NCBI GenBank assembly: GCA_964016885.1
Contig: OZ024746.1
Location: 97,774,001 to 97,838,000, forward strand
Length of the DNA stretch: 64,000 nucleotides
DNA from: Eledone cirrhosa
Lineage: Eukaryota
Reading direction: 5' to 3'
Part shown: positions 39,832 through 53,637 of the stretch, one piece after another
Layout of the letters: every line of letters starts with the position of its first letter
How positions within the stretch are numbered: position 1 is the stretch's first letter
The notes under the pieces: generated by a model
What the model saw: the letters and a program-made list of their open reading frames with translations, nothing else
Databases searched by the model: none
What the model was told of the DNA's origin: nothing
Made by a program: the position numbers and the translations under genes

Positions 39832-40266
39832 TCATCATCATCATCATCATCAGGTTTAGCGTCCGTGTTCCACGCTTGCATGGGTTTGGACGGGGGTTTT
39901 CCCACTTGAGGCAAGAGTGGTTGTCTTGCTCGCATAGGACTGTCTGGCGGGTTTTCTACAGTTGGATGCCCTTCCTAACACCAACCACATTTGCAGTGTG
40001 GGGCTGGGAGGTTTTTACCGTGTTGCCTACACGGCCACATTTACAGCGTGGACTGTGTGTTTTTTGTCGTGACACCTACACGATCTCATTTGTTTCGGCC
40101 TGGATGTTGTGGGACCAACATAACTTTACATTGAAAGGGGCGGTGTGGATGGGGTGGAGGTGGTGGGACGGGGGGGGGGGGGGGGGGGGTTTGATAGAGA
40201 TGCCTACTGACTATAGTAGGTTTTTACTTTGTATTTAGGTAAGGCGGGTCTTCTCTATTACTGAGT
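39832..40266 (-). mobile_element. RTE subfamily 2, 3' UTR fragment (also 38150-38340)
   Basis: Matches 49168-49590. Confidence 0.85.
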
Positions 40267-40357
40267 ATAAATATATATATATATATTTATTTATGTGTGT
40301 ATACGTATATATGTTTATATGTTTATGTGTGTATATGTATATATATATATATGTTTA

Positions 40358-40429
<72 letters not shown>

Positions 40430-40525
40430 TATGTGTGTATATATATATATGTATATATATATGTTTATGTGTGTATATATATATATATGTATATATATAT
40501 GTTTATGTGTGTATATATATATATG

Positions 40526-40586
<61 letters not shown>

Positions 40587-40587
40587 G

Positions 40588-40634
<47 letters not shown>

Positions 40635-40635
40635 G

Positions 40636-40666
<31 letters not shown>

Positions 40667-40667
<1 letters not shown>

Positions 40668-40835
40668 GTAATAATAATAAAATTGAAGACTAAAATCCAA
40701 AGAGGGCTCAATAAGGATAAATATATATCAAATATATAAGAATCATAGAGCAAATATTTATTAAAATAACAGATTAAAGTTTAAGCAAAGAATCGCTGCT
40801 TTCATCCTTAACGGGATCTTCTGAAACTTCAGAAT
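40667..40835 (-). mobile_element. Hammerhead-like element (fold 40777-40829, CAGAAGA core) within (TA)n
   Basis: Reverse complement of 50581-50745; third, rearranged copy at 58490-58585. Confidence 0.65.
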
Positions 40836-40846
40836 AAATATATATG

Positions 40847-40905
<59 letters not shown>

Positions 40906-40966
40906 ATATATATATATATCTATATATCTATATATATCTATATATATCTATATATATCTATATATA

Positions 40967-41149
<183 letters not shown>

Positions 41150-41468
41150 ATATATATCTATATATATATCTATATATATCTATATATATATATCTATATC
41201 TAAAATATTTTAAAAAGTACGGATTGGACACTACCGTTATCTACATATATCTATATCTATATATATATCTCTCTATATCTATATATATATATATATATAC
41301 ACTCACATAAACATATATATATGTACATATATATACATAAACACACAAACATATATCTTGCAACCAGGGAAAAGCGGACGTAAAATGATGATTATGATGA
41401 TGATATAGATATACACACAAACATATATATATATACACACACACATAAACATATATATATATATATAT

Positions 41469-41666
41469 AATAGGAAAAAGTATGACCCCGACGGCAGAGC
41501 TCAAGCCGTTTCGACGGCTATTTCTGGAGTCCAGAAATAGCCGTCAAAACGGCTTGAGCTCTGCCGTCGGGGTCATACTTTTTCCTATTTCCCACTCTAC
41601 TACCCTAAGTATTGAGTACTCTGGTACGTTATGGTCCATCTGGTTCCTTACCACACCTCCTTCGTT
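41469..41666 (+). mobile_element. Near-perfect 60-bp-arm hairpin element with 3' tail, containing the 3' half of a hammerhead
   Basis: 41469-41528 and 41530-41589 are inverted; stem II-(G/A)AAAC-ggc..gcc-GTC-ggggtc; related copies at 27191 and 58927. Confidence 0.75.
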
Positions 41667-41934
41667 ATATATATATATACACACACATAAACACATATAT
41701 ATATATATAAACACATATATATATATACACATATATATATATACACACATATATATATAAACACATATATATATAAACACATATATATATATACACACAC
41801 ACATATCTAATCACTTCATAAATATTTTTATATGAGATGTATGATACATATTACATATGTATATTGTATATACATATATAGATATATATAGATATATAGA
41901 TATATATAGATATACATATATAGATATATCATAT

Positions 41935-43190
41935 CATGCTTGTCTTCTCTGTCTGGCCACGTATTCCAAGGAGAGTTTTGGGGAGAGAGTCCTTAAGCAC
42001 ACTGTCCAACAGCTTTGGGTCTCCTGCTTTAGCCTATAAAATCTAATGATTCTTTCCTAGGACATTCTAACCACATGTCAATAATGCTGGAGCCGTCACC
42101 CCTGATTTCAAGGATGTAGCACCTCTGATCTATTAGATACACATTTTGGTTGGGTTTTTTTCTTTTTTTTGTGTGTTTGTGTTCTTTCAGTTATTACTCA
42201 ATATTTGTGGCCATAGGTAAGGGTTGGCACAAATACCAAGTTGAAGATAGCGAGTTTGGCTTTTACACCTACCTCCCTTCTCTGATGATTGCATGCTGAA
42301 GCTGGCACATTCCTGCACCAACAGGGCAACAAATAGTTGTTCAATGATTCCATGTTCCTGCAGAACCTTCCAGAACAGGTCCCATGGAACACAAACTTAT
42401 GCTGATATGCCTTTTTGAGGTCTGCAAAGGAAATATACGCCTTTTTTGGCAGTACTCCCTTGATTTCACAAAGACCTGCTGCAGTGTGACTATTTGGTCA
42501 GCTGTGTTGAGGTTAGGATGAAAACCGTATTGTTTATCAGCTAACTTACCTACACAGCAATATACCTACATCTCTTTGCCGTACACTTAGCATAGTCTTT
42601 ACCAAAGAGATTTATTAAACAAGGAGATCCCTCTATAATTGGAGGAATCTATCTTGTCTCCCTTTTTGAACATTGAAATTATCACCCCCAATTACTATTG
42701 CTTAGGTGCCTTTCCAGAGATCCAGGTCCCGCAACCAGAGAACACCTTCTCAATTTCTCTATTTAAGACATGTAACATCTTGGGCAAAATTTCATCTTGT
42801 GATGTCAGCCTCCATGAGGTTAGTCGTCGCTCCTTGATGCACCTCGTGTATATCAGAAGATGCCTATATACTATTTACTTCTTTGTGAGCATCAGCATCC
42901 TAAGATTACTTTTCACCACATCTGCCAACACATTTCTTGATTTTACTCATCTGCAGCTTCCTTCTGCTTGGAATTCCAGCATTTTTTCACACAACAATCA
43001 TCATTCATACACACCAAAGAGCAACTGGCCCTTTTGCATGCTACATTCGATACTTCTCATATCCAGGTTTTTTTCTCGGCTCATCTATGCTTCATCATTC
43101 ACGCACACCAACATTGTACATCGAATAGAGAATGCTCATTTCATTTCTCTCCAGCGTTCACTGCCCATGTCTCAATACCATGGTATGTAG
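41935..43190 (-). mobile_element. Degenerate RTE/Expander-like LINE fragment
   Basis: KAKLAIFNLVFVPTLTYGH peptide and decayed RT motifs. Confidence 0.7.
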
Positions 43191-44728
43191 ATGTATATAT
43201 ATATGTTTATGTGTGTGTATATATATACGTATATGTATATATGCAGATATATAAACTACCCTTCATGAACAGAAATAAAATGACTTTATTACCAACAGAA
43301 ATGTTAGCAACAATGCTATCAAAGTAACCTTTTCTTTTGCTAAATAAGTCACATCATTAACAAGAAATATAAACTATTTCTATGGAAAACTTCTTGGGAT
43401 TGGGAAAAATTTATTTTATTGGTGTTCATATTACTAACTATCCTTGTGCAATGTTTGACTTAAACCTTGGAGGCCCCTCATACACAAAAAATTAGAATAC
43501 ACAGCAAACCCCCCAATTTCACATATCAAAGTTAGCTTGGTACAAGTAACTGGAATTGAAAAGTTATAAATACAGGTATTAAATAAAAAAATTCTAACCA
43601 TCCTAAAACTAAAAAACCCAGCTGAGGGCACAAATAAATTGTTATGGCCGTTCCCAGTGGGGCACCCACTGCAGGGAACCAGGGTAATTGCCTCCTTTGA
43701 CCCCTACCCCCATTGAATCCTACCATGTCCTTGTGCATTTACGGCATATAAATTCTACCTTCTTTGTGAGCTTGCCAGCAATTACACCTTTTGTTTGCAG
43801 CAGATATAATTCCTACAATTTGCTTTTTGATAAATCGAGAATGGCTGCTCATTGATAATATCTGTGTTAAGTCAGCTTTCCGACTTTTTCAAAACATTGG
43901 TCTATGCTTTATAAACTATATAAATATATATTGTTTCTACTTTTGGCACAAGGCCAGCAATTATCCCAGTGCATTACTGGTGCTTTATTTTATCGATCCT
44001 GTAAGGATGAAAGGCAAATTTAACTTCGGCAGGATTTGAACTCAGAACATAAAGGGCCATAACTCTATACTGCAAAGCATGGTGTCTCACCCTCTACTGA
44101 TACTGCCAATCCACATATATTGAAAGATAATATCATCTCTTCTTCATCACAGAATTGTCTCCTCTTCATCCTGTTACCTGGATATTTTCACTATAACTAC
44201 ACTGTAGTGGCTTTCAAACTTCACAGTTTTCATATACCACAATGCTGTCATATAAATATATAGTTGTGTATATGTGTAAATAATTGAGTCTACTTTAGGC
44301 ACAAGGCCAGCAATTACCCAGTGCATTACTGGTACTTTATTTTATCGACCCCGTAAGGATGAAAGGCAAAGTCAACCTCAGCGGGATTTGAACTCAGATC
44401 GTAAAGGGACATAACTATGCTGGAAAGCATGGCGTCCGACCCTCTACCGATACTGCCAAAATAATATACACACATCTATATATAGAATATATGTATGTGT
44501 GTCTGCCTGTATGTGCAAGCGTGCATGTTTACATGTATCTGTATATGTGTGTGGAGGGTTGTGTGTTTTCTGCTATACCATTCAATTGATTACTACAAGG
44601 GAAATAGGTGGGCAGCAACTGTGAGGAAGCCTGACCACATCATCCTTATCATGATGTCATATATATGCATATATGAATGCATACATATATATATGTAGAC
44701 AAATATATATATGCATATGCATATATAT

Positions 44729-45286
44729 CGTCATCCCCGTTTTACGTCCGTTCTTCCACGCTAGCATGGGTTAGATGGGTTGTCCTGTTGTGGGCACTGT
44801 CCAGTCGGCTGACCATGCCTTGTTCATACGGGAACTGATTCTGGCTTGATTTCTACAGCTGGATGTCCTTCCTAACACCAACCTCATCTACAGCGAGTGC
44901 TGGGTGCTTTTTTTTTCCATGGCACCTACACGTCCACTTTACAGTGTGGGCTGGGTGCTTTATTGCCGTGGCACCTCCATGACCACTTTACAGTGTGGGC
45001 TGGGTGCTTTTTTGTGGTGGCACCTCCACGACCCCTTTGCAGTGGGAGGGTGTGGGGGCATATTGTCTATATGCTTCAGCTTCGGCTTGTTCCTGTGGGA
45101 GGTCAGGTCTTCTGTATTACTGCGTGACACCAGACGTCTCGTCGTGTGTCATTGCTCTTGAGAGGTGCAATTGAATAAGGTCGGCCTTTATCACCTCATC
45201 CCAGGTCTTCTTGGGTCTCCCCACTCCACGGCTTCCATTGACTTCTAGTGCTCTGCACCTTTTTATGCAGCTGTCATCCTTCATAT
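44729..45286 (-). mobile_element. RTE LINE 3' fragment
   Basis: MKDDSCIKRCRALEVNGSRGVGRPKKTWDEVIKADL plus 3' UTR. Confidence 0.9.
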
Positions 45287-45293
45287 ACAAATA

Positions 45294-45641
45294 CAGGGTG
45301 AGGACGATATTTGTTCGCAATTTTCAACTGCTAATTTTATGCAAATTTTTTTTACTTCCGTTGTCACTCTTGTCTTCATAAAAACAGTGACTATATTTCC
45401 ATTATTTATTTTCAGAATAATTGATTATGAATAATTTTGAACCTCCAAATTTGTGGAAGAGACACGGAGTTCTTCTTGGAATCCGCCATCAAACCCAATG
45501 GTGGGTTTATCGAGTGAGATCGAAAAAACAAGTCATGAAGACAAACTGACCCAAGTTTGATAAATATATCTTAAAAAATAAAACTACTGTGTTATTTTTT
45601 CCTAGACAGTAATCTTGCGAACAAATATCGTCCGCACCCTG
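45294..45641. mobile_element. Tc1/mariner-type MITE
   Basis: 27-bp TIRs cagggtgaggacgatatttgttcgcaa / ttgcgaacaaatatcgtccgcaccctg; TA on the left flank. Confidence 0.85.
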
Positions 45642-45695
45642 TTTTTATATATCGTAGTCTGTATATATATATCTAGTAAATAGAATCAGTTTTGC

Positions 45696-45816
45696 GTTTC
45701 TGAGGAAGACAGGCAATTGAAGAGGGTTTTCAAGACTAGAAATAGGTAGTAATTACCATGTTAGTCAATACATTGATCTCCATCGATTAATCGATTCTCT
45801 GAAACGATCGTAAAAC
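45696..45816 (+). ncRNA. Hammerhead fold with long stem II insert
   Basis: gttt-CTGAGGA-aga...tct-GAAA-c gatc g-TA-aaac. Confidence 0.55.
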
Positions 45817-45978
45817 AATGAACTAAACCTCTACTTACACCTGGCTTCAGTCTTTCTTCTTCAAACATATATATATATGTGTGTGTATGTGTATATGTAT
45901 ATATGTATATATATATATATATATATATACGTATATATACATGTGTGTATGTTATTGTGTGTGTGTATATATATATAT

Positions 45979-46351
45979 GGAGGCACATGGCTTTGTGGTT
46001 AGAGCATTGGGCTTGCAATCGAAAGGTTGTGAGTTCAATTCTCAGACCGGGTGATATGTTGTTTCCTTGAGCAAGACACTTTATTTCACATTGCTCCAGT
46101 TTATTCAGCTGTAGAAATGAGATGATAGGACTGTGGTGGTTGTGGAGGAGCCACGGCAAAAAATCACCCAGCCCACACTACAAAATGGACGTGTAGGCGC
46201 TACGGAAAAAAAAGCACCCAGCACTCACTGTAAATGAGGTTGGTGTTAGGAAGGGCATCCAGCTGTAGAAATCAAGCCAGAATCAGTTCCCGTCCCACCC
46301 TTGCAAGCAAGGAAAATCGGACGTAAAATGATGATGATGATGATGATGATG
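45979..46351 (+). mobile_element. Full-length SINE B, followed directly by SINE C
   Basis: tRNA head, RTE-like tail and (gat)n. Confidence 0.9.
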
Positions 46352-46743
46352 ATACATGGCCTAGTGGTAAGGGTGTTGGACTTACGATCATAATGTCATG
46401 GCTTTGATTCCTGGGTTGTGTGTTGTGTTCTTGATCAAAACACTTCATTTCACATTGCTCTAGTATACTCAGCTGAAAATGAGTACCAGTAATAGCTGGG
46501 GGTTTAACCCTGTGATGGATTGGCGTCCTGTTCAGTGGGGAGTCTTGTACTCTCAGTCGCTTCATGCTATGAAACCAGGATAAGCACTAGCCAAATGAGT
46601 CTTCTGGCTTAAGATAGACAGACTTTTGTTTAACATATATATGTATATATACATATATATGTATATATACATATATATGTATATATAGATGTGGAGAACG
46701 TATATTTAGAAATGGCAAGTGGGATATGAAAATTTAGATTTCA

Positions 46744-46903
46744 CCATGACTTTGACTAAATATAATAGTCTAATAACAATGGGGTGTATCAACCCCCTAA
46801 ATGGAAAGGAATGGGACTCAACATTTACTGAGTCCCATCTTTTTCCATTCAGTTGGAATATACACCCCATTGTTATTAAACTGTTATTTAGCCAAAGTTA
46901 TGG
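46744..46903. repeat. Imperfect ~77-bp-arm hairpin between TA tracts
   Basis: ccatgactttgactaaata...atgggactca / tgagtcccat...tatttagccaaagttatgg. Confidence 0.8.
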
Positions 46904-46949
46904 CTAAATCTTCTAATTCAATATATATATATATATTTCATCATGATAT

Positions 46950-46989
<40 letters not shown>

Positions 46990-47039
46990 TAGATTGAGTT
47001 AGAAACTCAAAATAGTCTTTTACAATTAAATAGCTTAAA

Positions 47040-47119
47040 GATACCCACAGAAGAGCACAGGAATTCTGGCTTTCACTTAATAATTCTTGCGAAACAGATT
47101 TAGGTCTGTCCGGATATCT
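47040..47119 (+). ncRNA. Degenerate hammerhead fold (CAGAAGA core)
   Basis: gataccca-CAGAAGA-gca..gaatt/aattcttgc-GAAA-cagat/gtctg-TC-cggatatc. Confidence 0.5.
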
Positions 47120-47376
47120 AAGGCTATTGCCCAATATAGGTTTGTTATTTTTATTGATTTATTACTTTAAATCGAGTCAGGCAGACCATATCGTTTTAAA
47201 TTAGTATTTTTTCAATCTAGCTAACTTGGTCATTTACAATTGGAACACACGTATACTTGTATCTGTGGTCATCCCTCTCATATATCCAATTATATATATA
47301 TATAATTGGATATATAAACAAGATGGCGTAGGACAGAACAAAGGAGAGACACAAAAAACAAAGAAAAGAATCCCCA

Positions 47377-47419
47377 GTCACTGAAGTGGTCACAGAATGT
47401 GTGACGAAAGAACTTTGAC
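47377..47419 (+). ncRNA. Degenerate minimal hammerhead, same family as 61209-61251
   Basis: gtca-CTGAAGT-g-gtcaca/tgtgac-GAAA-gaac-TT-tgac. Confidence 0.5.
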
Positions 47420-47623
47420 AATATATAAACAACCATCTGGTTGTGGAACCAACCAACCGGAAATTTATTAATTCCTAAATTTATAAATTTATTATAATAA
47501 ATTGAAGTGAAAGCAGCTGGTGCCTGTGTTTCTTATTGGCAACATGACCCTCCCAAAGTATAACAATATCGGTTTCAACACACGTTTTCAGATAAAGAAT
47601 CTTGCTAAACAAATTCAGAAACG

Positions 47624-47658
<35 letters not shown>

Positions 47659-47917
47659 CATATACATATATATACATATATATATATACATATATATATG
47701 CATATATATACATATATATATATGCATATATATACATACTCATACACATATATACATATATATACATATATATACATATATATATATACTCATATACATA
47801 TATATACATATATATATATATATACTCATATATACTCATATACATATATATACATATATATATATATATACTCATATACATATATATACATATATATATA
47901 TATACACTCATATACAT

Positions 47918-47952
<35 letters not shown>

Positions 47953-47989
47953 CTCATATACAAATATATACATATATATATACATATAC

Positions 47990-48020
<31 letters not shown>

Positions 48021-48193
48021 CATTTATATAGGATAACAAGGTATTGTTTAAGGTAATCCAGTTAGAGGTTGTGAGTACTCTGTGTTGAGGATAGATTTAA
48101 CGTATGGCATTGTTTGACTCAACAAGAAGTTTCCTTAGCCGTATGGCTGGTTTAAGAAAGTTCCTCAGCAGGCAGTTAGTTTTGGGAGTAATA

Positions 48194-48451
48194 ATAGCAA
48201 AAGAATGAAGAATAACAGTCAGCTGTACAATAGGGTTTATTTACAGAATTAACAATTGTTTCTTTAATCAGTCTAAAAGCTGCTGATCATTAGAAGTTAC
48301 GTCACTCAACCTTAATTACAGTTGATACCCGACCAGATCACCAGAATACTGATCTAACGATCAGCAGCTTTTAGACTCACCTGATTAAAGAAACAATTGT
48401 AAGTAAACCCTATTGTACACCCGACCATGTTATTTTTCATTCTTTTGCTAT
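48194..48451. mobile_element. Fold-back element with hammerhead 3' half (GAAAC AATT GTA)
   Basis: Arms about 48194-48293 and 48354-48451 are inverted. Confidence 0.65.
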
Positions 48452-48851
48452 ATATATAATGTTGGTACCACAAAACATCCAGCCCACACTGTAAAGTGGC
48501 CGTGTAAGTGTCATAACAAAAAGCACCCAGCACATTCTGTAAATATGATTGTCATTAAGAAGGACATCCAGCCATATAAAACCAGCCAGAAACAGTCTTA
48601 TAACATGGTCACCTGACCCAACTTACATCTAATGAGACAAAACCGTTTAACCCATGCTAGCATGAAAAATAGATGTTAAATGATGATGATGATATATATA
48701 TATATATATATAATTTTCTTATTTTACGTCTCTCATATTATCGTTCTGCAACCCCATGCATTGAACCACATTGTTAATAAGACAAAACCTATATATTTGC
48801 TAGCATTGATATGCATCTGTGTGTATATAAATGTTACTAGATATAAATTCC

Positions 48852-48880
<29 letters not shown>

Positions 48881-48882
<2 letters not shown>

Positions 48883-49150
48883 CACAGAAAAAAGATAATC
48901 AGTGTTGCGACGAAAGGAATTTATTGGACATATTACTATTGTTTCTCGGGCGATTTCAGAGTCAGGTTTGATCATCATATCGATCGTGGCTTGAGCTGGT
49001 TGCACGAGAAACAATTGTAAAATGTCCAATAAATTCCTTTCGTCACAACACTGCTTCTCTTGTTTCTGTGATATCATACTCTGCTCTACGAGGGCATGGA
49101 GTGCTCATACGGCCTACCGCATACGGACGCTTTAAGCATCCAACACCAAT
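48881..49150 (+). mobile_element. Fold-back element with hammerhead 3' half and 3' tail
   Basis: Arms 48881-48948 and 49005-49072; tcgtg/cacga-GAAA-c aatt g-TA. Confidence 0.65.
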
Positions 49151-49167
49151 TATATATATTACATATA

Positions 49168-50135
49168 TCATCATCATCATCATCAACGTTTAACGTCCGT
49201 GTTCCACGCTTGCATGGGTTTGGACGGGGGTTTTCCCACTTGAGGCAAGAGTGATTGTCTTGCTCGCATAGGACTGTCTGGCAGGTTTTCTACAGCTGGA
49301 TACCCTTCCTAACACCAACCACATTTACAGTGTGGGGCTGGGAGGTTTTTACCGTGTTGCCTACACGGCCACATTACAGCGTGGACTGTGTGTTTTTTTG
49401 TCGTGACACCTACATGATCTCATTTGTTTCGGGCTGGATGGTGTGGCACCAACATAACTTTACATAGAAGGGGGCGGTGTGGATGGGGTGGGGGTGGTGG
49501 GACAGGGGTGTATTTTGTTAGAGATGCCTACTGGCTGTAGTAGGTTTTACTATGTATTTAGGTAAGGTGGGTCTTCTCTATTACTGAGTACCGCCAAAGG
49601 TCTCGGTCCAGTGACATTGTCTTGGAGAGGTGTAAGTGTGTGAGGTCGGAGTTTATCAGCTCGTCCCAGGTTTTTCTAGGTCTGCCTATTCCCTGGCTAC
49701 CGTCTATCTTTAATGCCCTGAACTTTGTTATACAGCTATCGACTTTCATGCGCATCACGTGTCCATACCAACGTAGCCTTCTCTCGAGTAAACAACATCT
49801 GATCCCTCTTATTTCTAATTTTTTCCTTAGTTCGTTTATGCTTTGCCGTTCACGTATATTACTATTACACATCCAGTGGAGCATGCAAGCTTCGTTCCTC
49901 TCTAGTCTGCATATATCCTCTGCACACAATGCCCAGGTCTCACTGCCATGCAACATTGCTGTTCGTATGCAGGCATCATACAACCTGCCTTTCATTTTTA
50001 GGGAGAACCCTTTAGCGGCTAATAGTGGTATAAGCTCTCTGAACTTTTTCCATCCAGTTCTGACTCTAGCTACTGTACTTTCAGAGCACCCTCCCCACTG
50101 CTGATTTTGTCACCCAGGTAACGGAAGCTGTCCAC

Positions 50136-50143
<8 letters not shown>
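49168..50143 (-). mobile_element. 5'-truncated RTE LINE, subfamily 2
   Basis: MKGRLYDACIRTAMLHGSETWAL...RRLRWYGHVMRM ORF; distinct 3' UTR; (gat)n tail. Confidence 0.92.
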
Positions 50144-50172
<29 letters not shown>

Positions 50173-50179
50173 TTTATTT

Positions 50180-50745
50180 ACTTTATTCTTAACTCTGAAG
50201 CCAAGAATCATTCAGTTTCCTAAATACAATTTTAGTCTACGACTTCAGTTATACCATTTACGTGGTTTTGTCTTTGCGTGCTATTGTTCTCCCCGCTCCA
50301 CATATGACGTATTATCTTCATTTTTTCCGTTCATTGCCAGAGAACGTCTCCACAAACCATCTAATAGAATATTAGTCTACGACTTCATTTATACCATAAA
50401 CGTGGTTTTGTCTTTACGTGTAATTGTTTTCACCGCAACAAATAATGACGTATTATCTTCGGTTTTTTTCCGTTCTTTGCCAGTGAGCGTTTCCACGAAC
50501 CAAAGTATCGTCTTCCTGTCTTCCTCCGGTTGCAACGTTTTTTGAAATATTTACTTCTGCGTTCTCAGATTGACTTTGTTAGTTTCAGAAGATCCTGTTA
50601 AGGGTGAAAGCAGCGATTCTTTGCTTAAACTTTAATCTGTTATTTTAATAAATATTTGCTCTACGGTTCTTATATATTTGATATATATTTATCCTTATCG
50701 AGCCCTCTTTGGATTTTAGTCTTCAAATTTATTATTATTACTCTA
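50180..50745 (+). mobile_element. Longer Penelope-like 3' remnant with ~139-bp duplication and hammerhead-like fold (50581-50631)
   Basis: Duplicated ttagtctacgacttca... blocks at 50232 and 50371; agttt-CAGAAGA-stem-GAAA-gca/tgc-TT-aaact. Confidence 0.55.
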
Positions 50746-51235
50746 TATATAAATAACAGTCAATCAACAAGATCTCAGACCTCATTCATTTAACGAGTGG
50801 GGTGGGGCTCGTTAAATTGAACCAAGGAAACAATGTGGTCTTGCCAATTGCTAATACTATCTACCGGTCACAAATCCAGGAAGAAGGAACAACGTGAAAT
50901 AAAGTGTCTTGCTCAAGGATATAACAAATCGTCCAGTCAGGGAATCAAGTTCACAACCTCACAATTGCGGATCCAACTCTCTAACCACTCAGCTATGCAC
51001 CTATATATATACATACACACACACACATATATATACATACACACACACACATATATATACATACACACACACACATATATATACATACACACACACACAT
51101 ATATACATACACACACATATATATACATACACACACACACATATATATACATACACACACACACATATATATACATACACACACACACATATATACATAC
51201 ACACACACACACACATATATCCACACACACACACA

Positions 51236-51553
<318 letters not shown>

Positions 51554-53637
51554 TATCATCATCGTTTTATGTCTGTTTTTCCAGTACATCCAGCCTCAAA
51601 TCGTGGTCAGCTCTCATCTCTTTTGTGAAGTTCCGTATTATAAAATCAGCTCTCACCATATCTGCCCAGGTTTTCAGCTACTGCAGCTACCTTCTACTGG
51701 CCTATCCTGGCAATTCTCCACCCAGCTTATATAATCCATATGTAACACATGTCCAAACCAACACAGTCTTCTCTCTAGCACATTAGAAATAATTCCTCTC
51801 ATCCCCAGTTTTTCTCTCAGATCATTCTTGCTTCAGTAGTCATGTATATAGTGTAGGCAATATATTACTCTATGTTTACTATTACCGTATTTCCCGGTGC
51901 CGAAGACGCTTCATCTTCGAGGATTCACCCTAGTTTTGACAACCAAAAATTAGAAAAAAAAAAAATTGTTTCTACTTTAGGCACAAGGCCAGCAATTACT
52001 CAGTACATTACTGGTACTTTATTTTATCGACCCCGTAAGGATGAAAGGCAAAGTTAACCTCGGCGGGATTGGAACTCAGACTGTAAAGGGACGTAAACAA
52101 CCTTCGGCCTCCAGGATCAATGGTAGATTTTTTAGACTTATTTTAGGAAAAACGGTATATTTTCGCGTTAAAGGCCTCACATAATATTGAATCTATGATA
52201 TTTTGATGTTTTTTATTTTAAGAACAATACCTTAACATCAGTAAGAGTGGCCAGATACAGCTGGTTTGAACAGAAAGAGGTGAGAGAATTCTGGCCGGAT
52301 ATGGCTCGTTGAAATACTCAAGGGTTAATATTATAAATCCAATGGTGCATACTTGTTTCAACATATCTTTTGCATTTACTGCTAATATCTCACTGATATG
52401 CAACATTGCACCTATCATGTTGGCATCAAATAAAGTCCCAAAACTTGTTCCATTCTATTCTTAATCAAGCTACTATTCTATAGCTAATTAGGTCAGCTAG
52501 ATAACAGACATGATCAACTACTCTTGGGTCTCAAATAATGGGGTGGGGATGAGTGGGCAAAACGGTAGGTTTTCTCGGTAGTCATCTTTGATTTTTTTCA
52601 AAACCAGATTTAGTCTTTTAGTTTACATATTCAGACCCCAACACATCCTCTATATATTATAACCTGAGATTTCTAATAATGTAATTTATTGGTCATGTAT
52701 AATGCTTTTTAAAAACTTTGATAAGCGAGGTTGGGTGGTATAAGAGCAATGAGTTTGGAAAAAAGCTGAGAAATTAATAAGTTTTGGGAGGAGGCCACTA
52801 TTGGCAGTATCGGTAGAGGGTCAGATGCCATGCTTTGCAGCATAGAGTTACGTCCCTTTATGGTCCGAGTTCAAATCCTGCCTAGGTTAACTTTGCCTTT
52901 CATCCTTGCGAGATCGATAAAATAAAGTACCAGTAATGCACTGGTGTAATTGCTGGCCTTGTGCCAAAAGTAGAAACAATTATTCAAGATGCAGGAGTAC
53001 TAATAAGTTACCTTCCTGGGATTCAAAAGAGTTTATTTCACTAAGGCTCTTACCAGGAATTGTCCACCTACATCTGTGATATGTAAAGGGCACCTTTGCT
53101 ATTAATCTGCCTTCAATCACACTCTTCCTTTTTTATATCCATATTGTACACTGAGAAATGAAGTAAGCATGCTCTGTTGGATGTGTAATGTCAATGTGCA
53201 TGAACAAGCATAGATAAGTTGAGAGAGAAACTGTGTATAAAAGAGATAAGTTGTCGTGTGCGGGAGAGAAGACTGCGTTGGTATGGGCATGTGATGCGCA
53301 TGGAGGACGACCGCTGGGTAAAGAAGTGCCAAGAAATCCCAGTAGAGGAAGACCAGGAAAATAATGGGCAGAGGTGGTGATAGTTGACCTCAGATTGCTG
53401 AAGCACACGGAGGAGATAACGAAGGACTGTGCTGAATAGAGAGATGTTGTGCGAAACCGATAAAGGAACCAAATAAATATATATTTAAAAAAAAAAAGAC
53501 TCCAGTTGCATTATCAATTTTATCTTTTTTCCTTATATATATATATATATATGGCACAAGGCCAGCAATTACCCAGTACATACTGGTACTTTATCGACCC
53601 CGTAAGGATGGCAAGGCCGTAACTCTATGCTAGAAAG

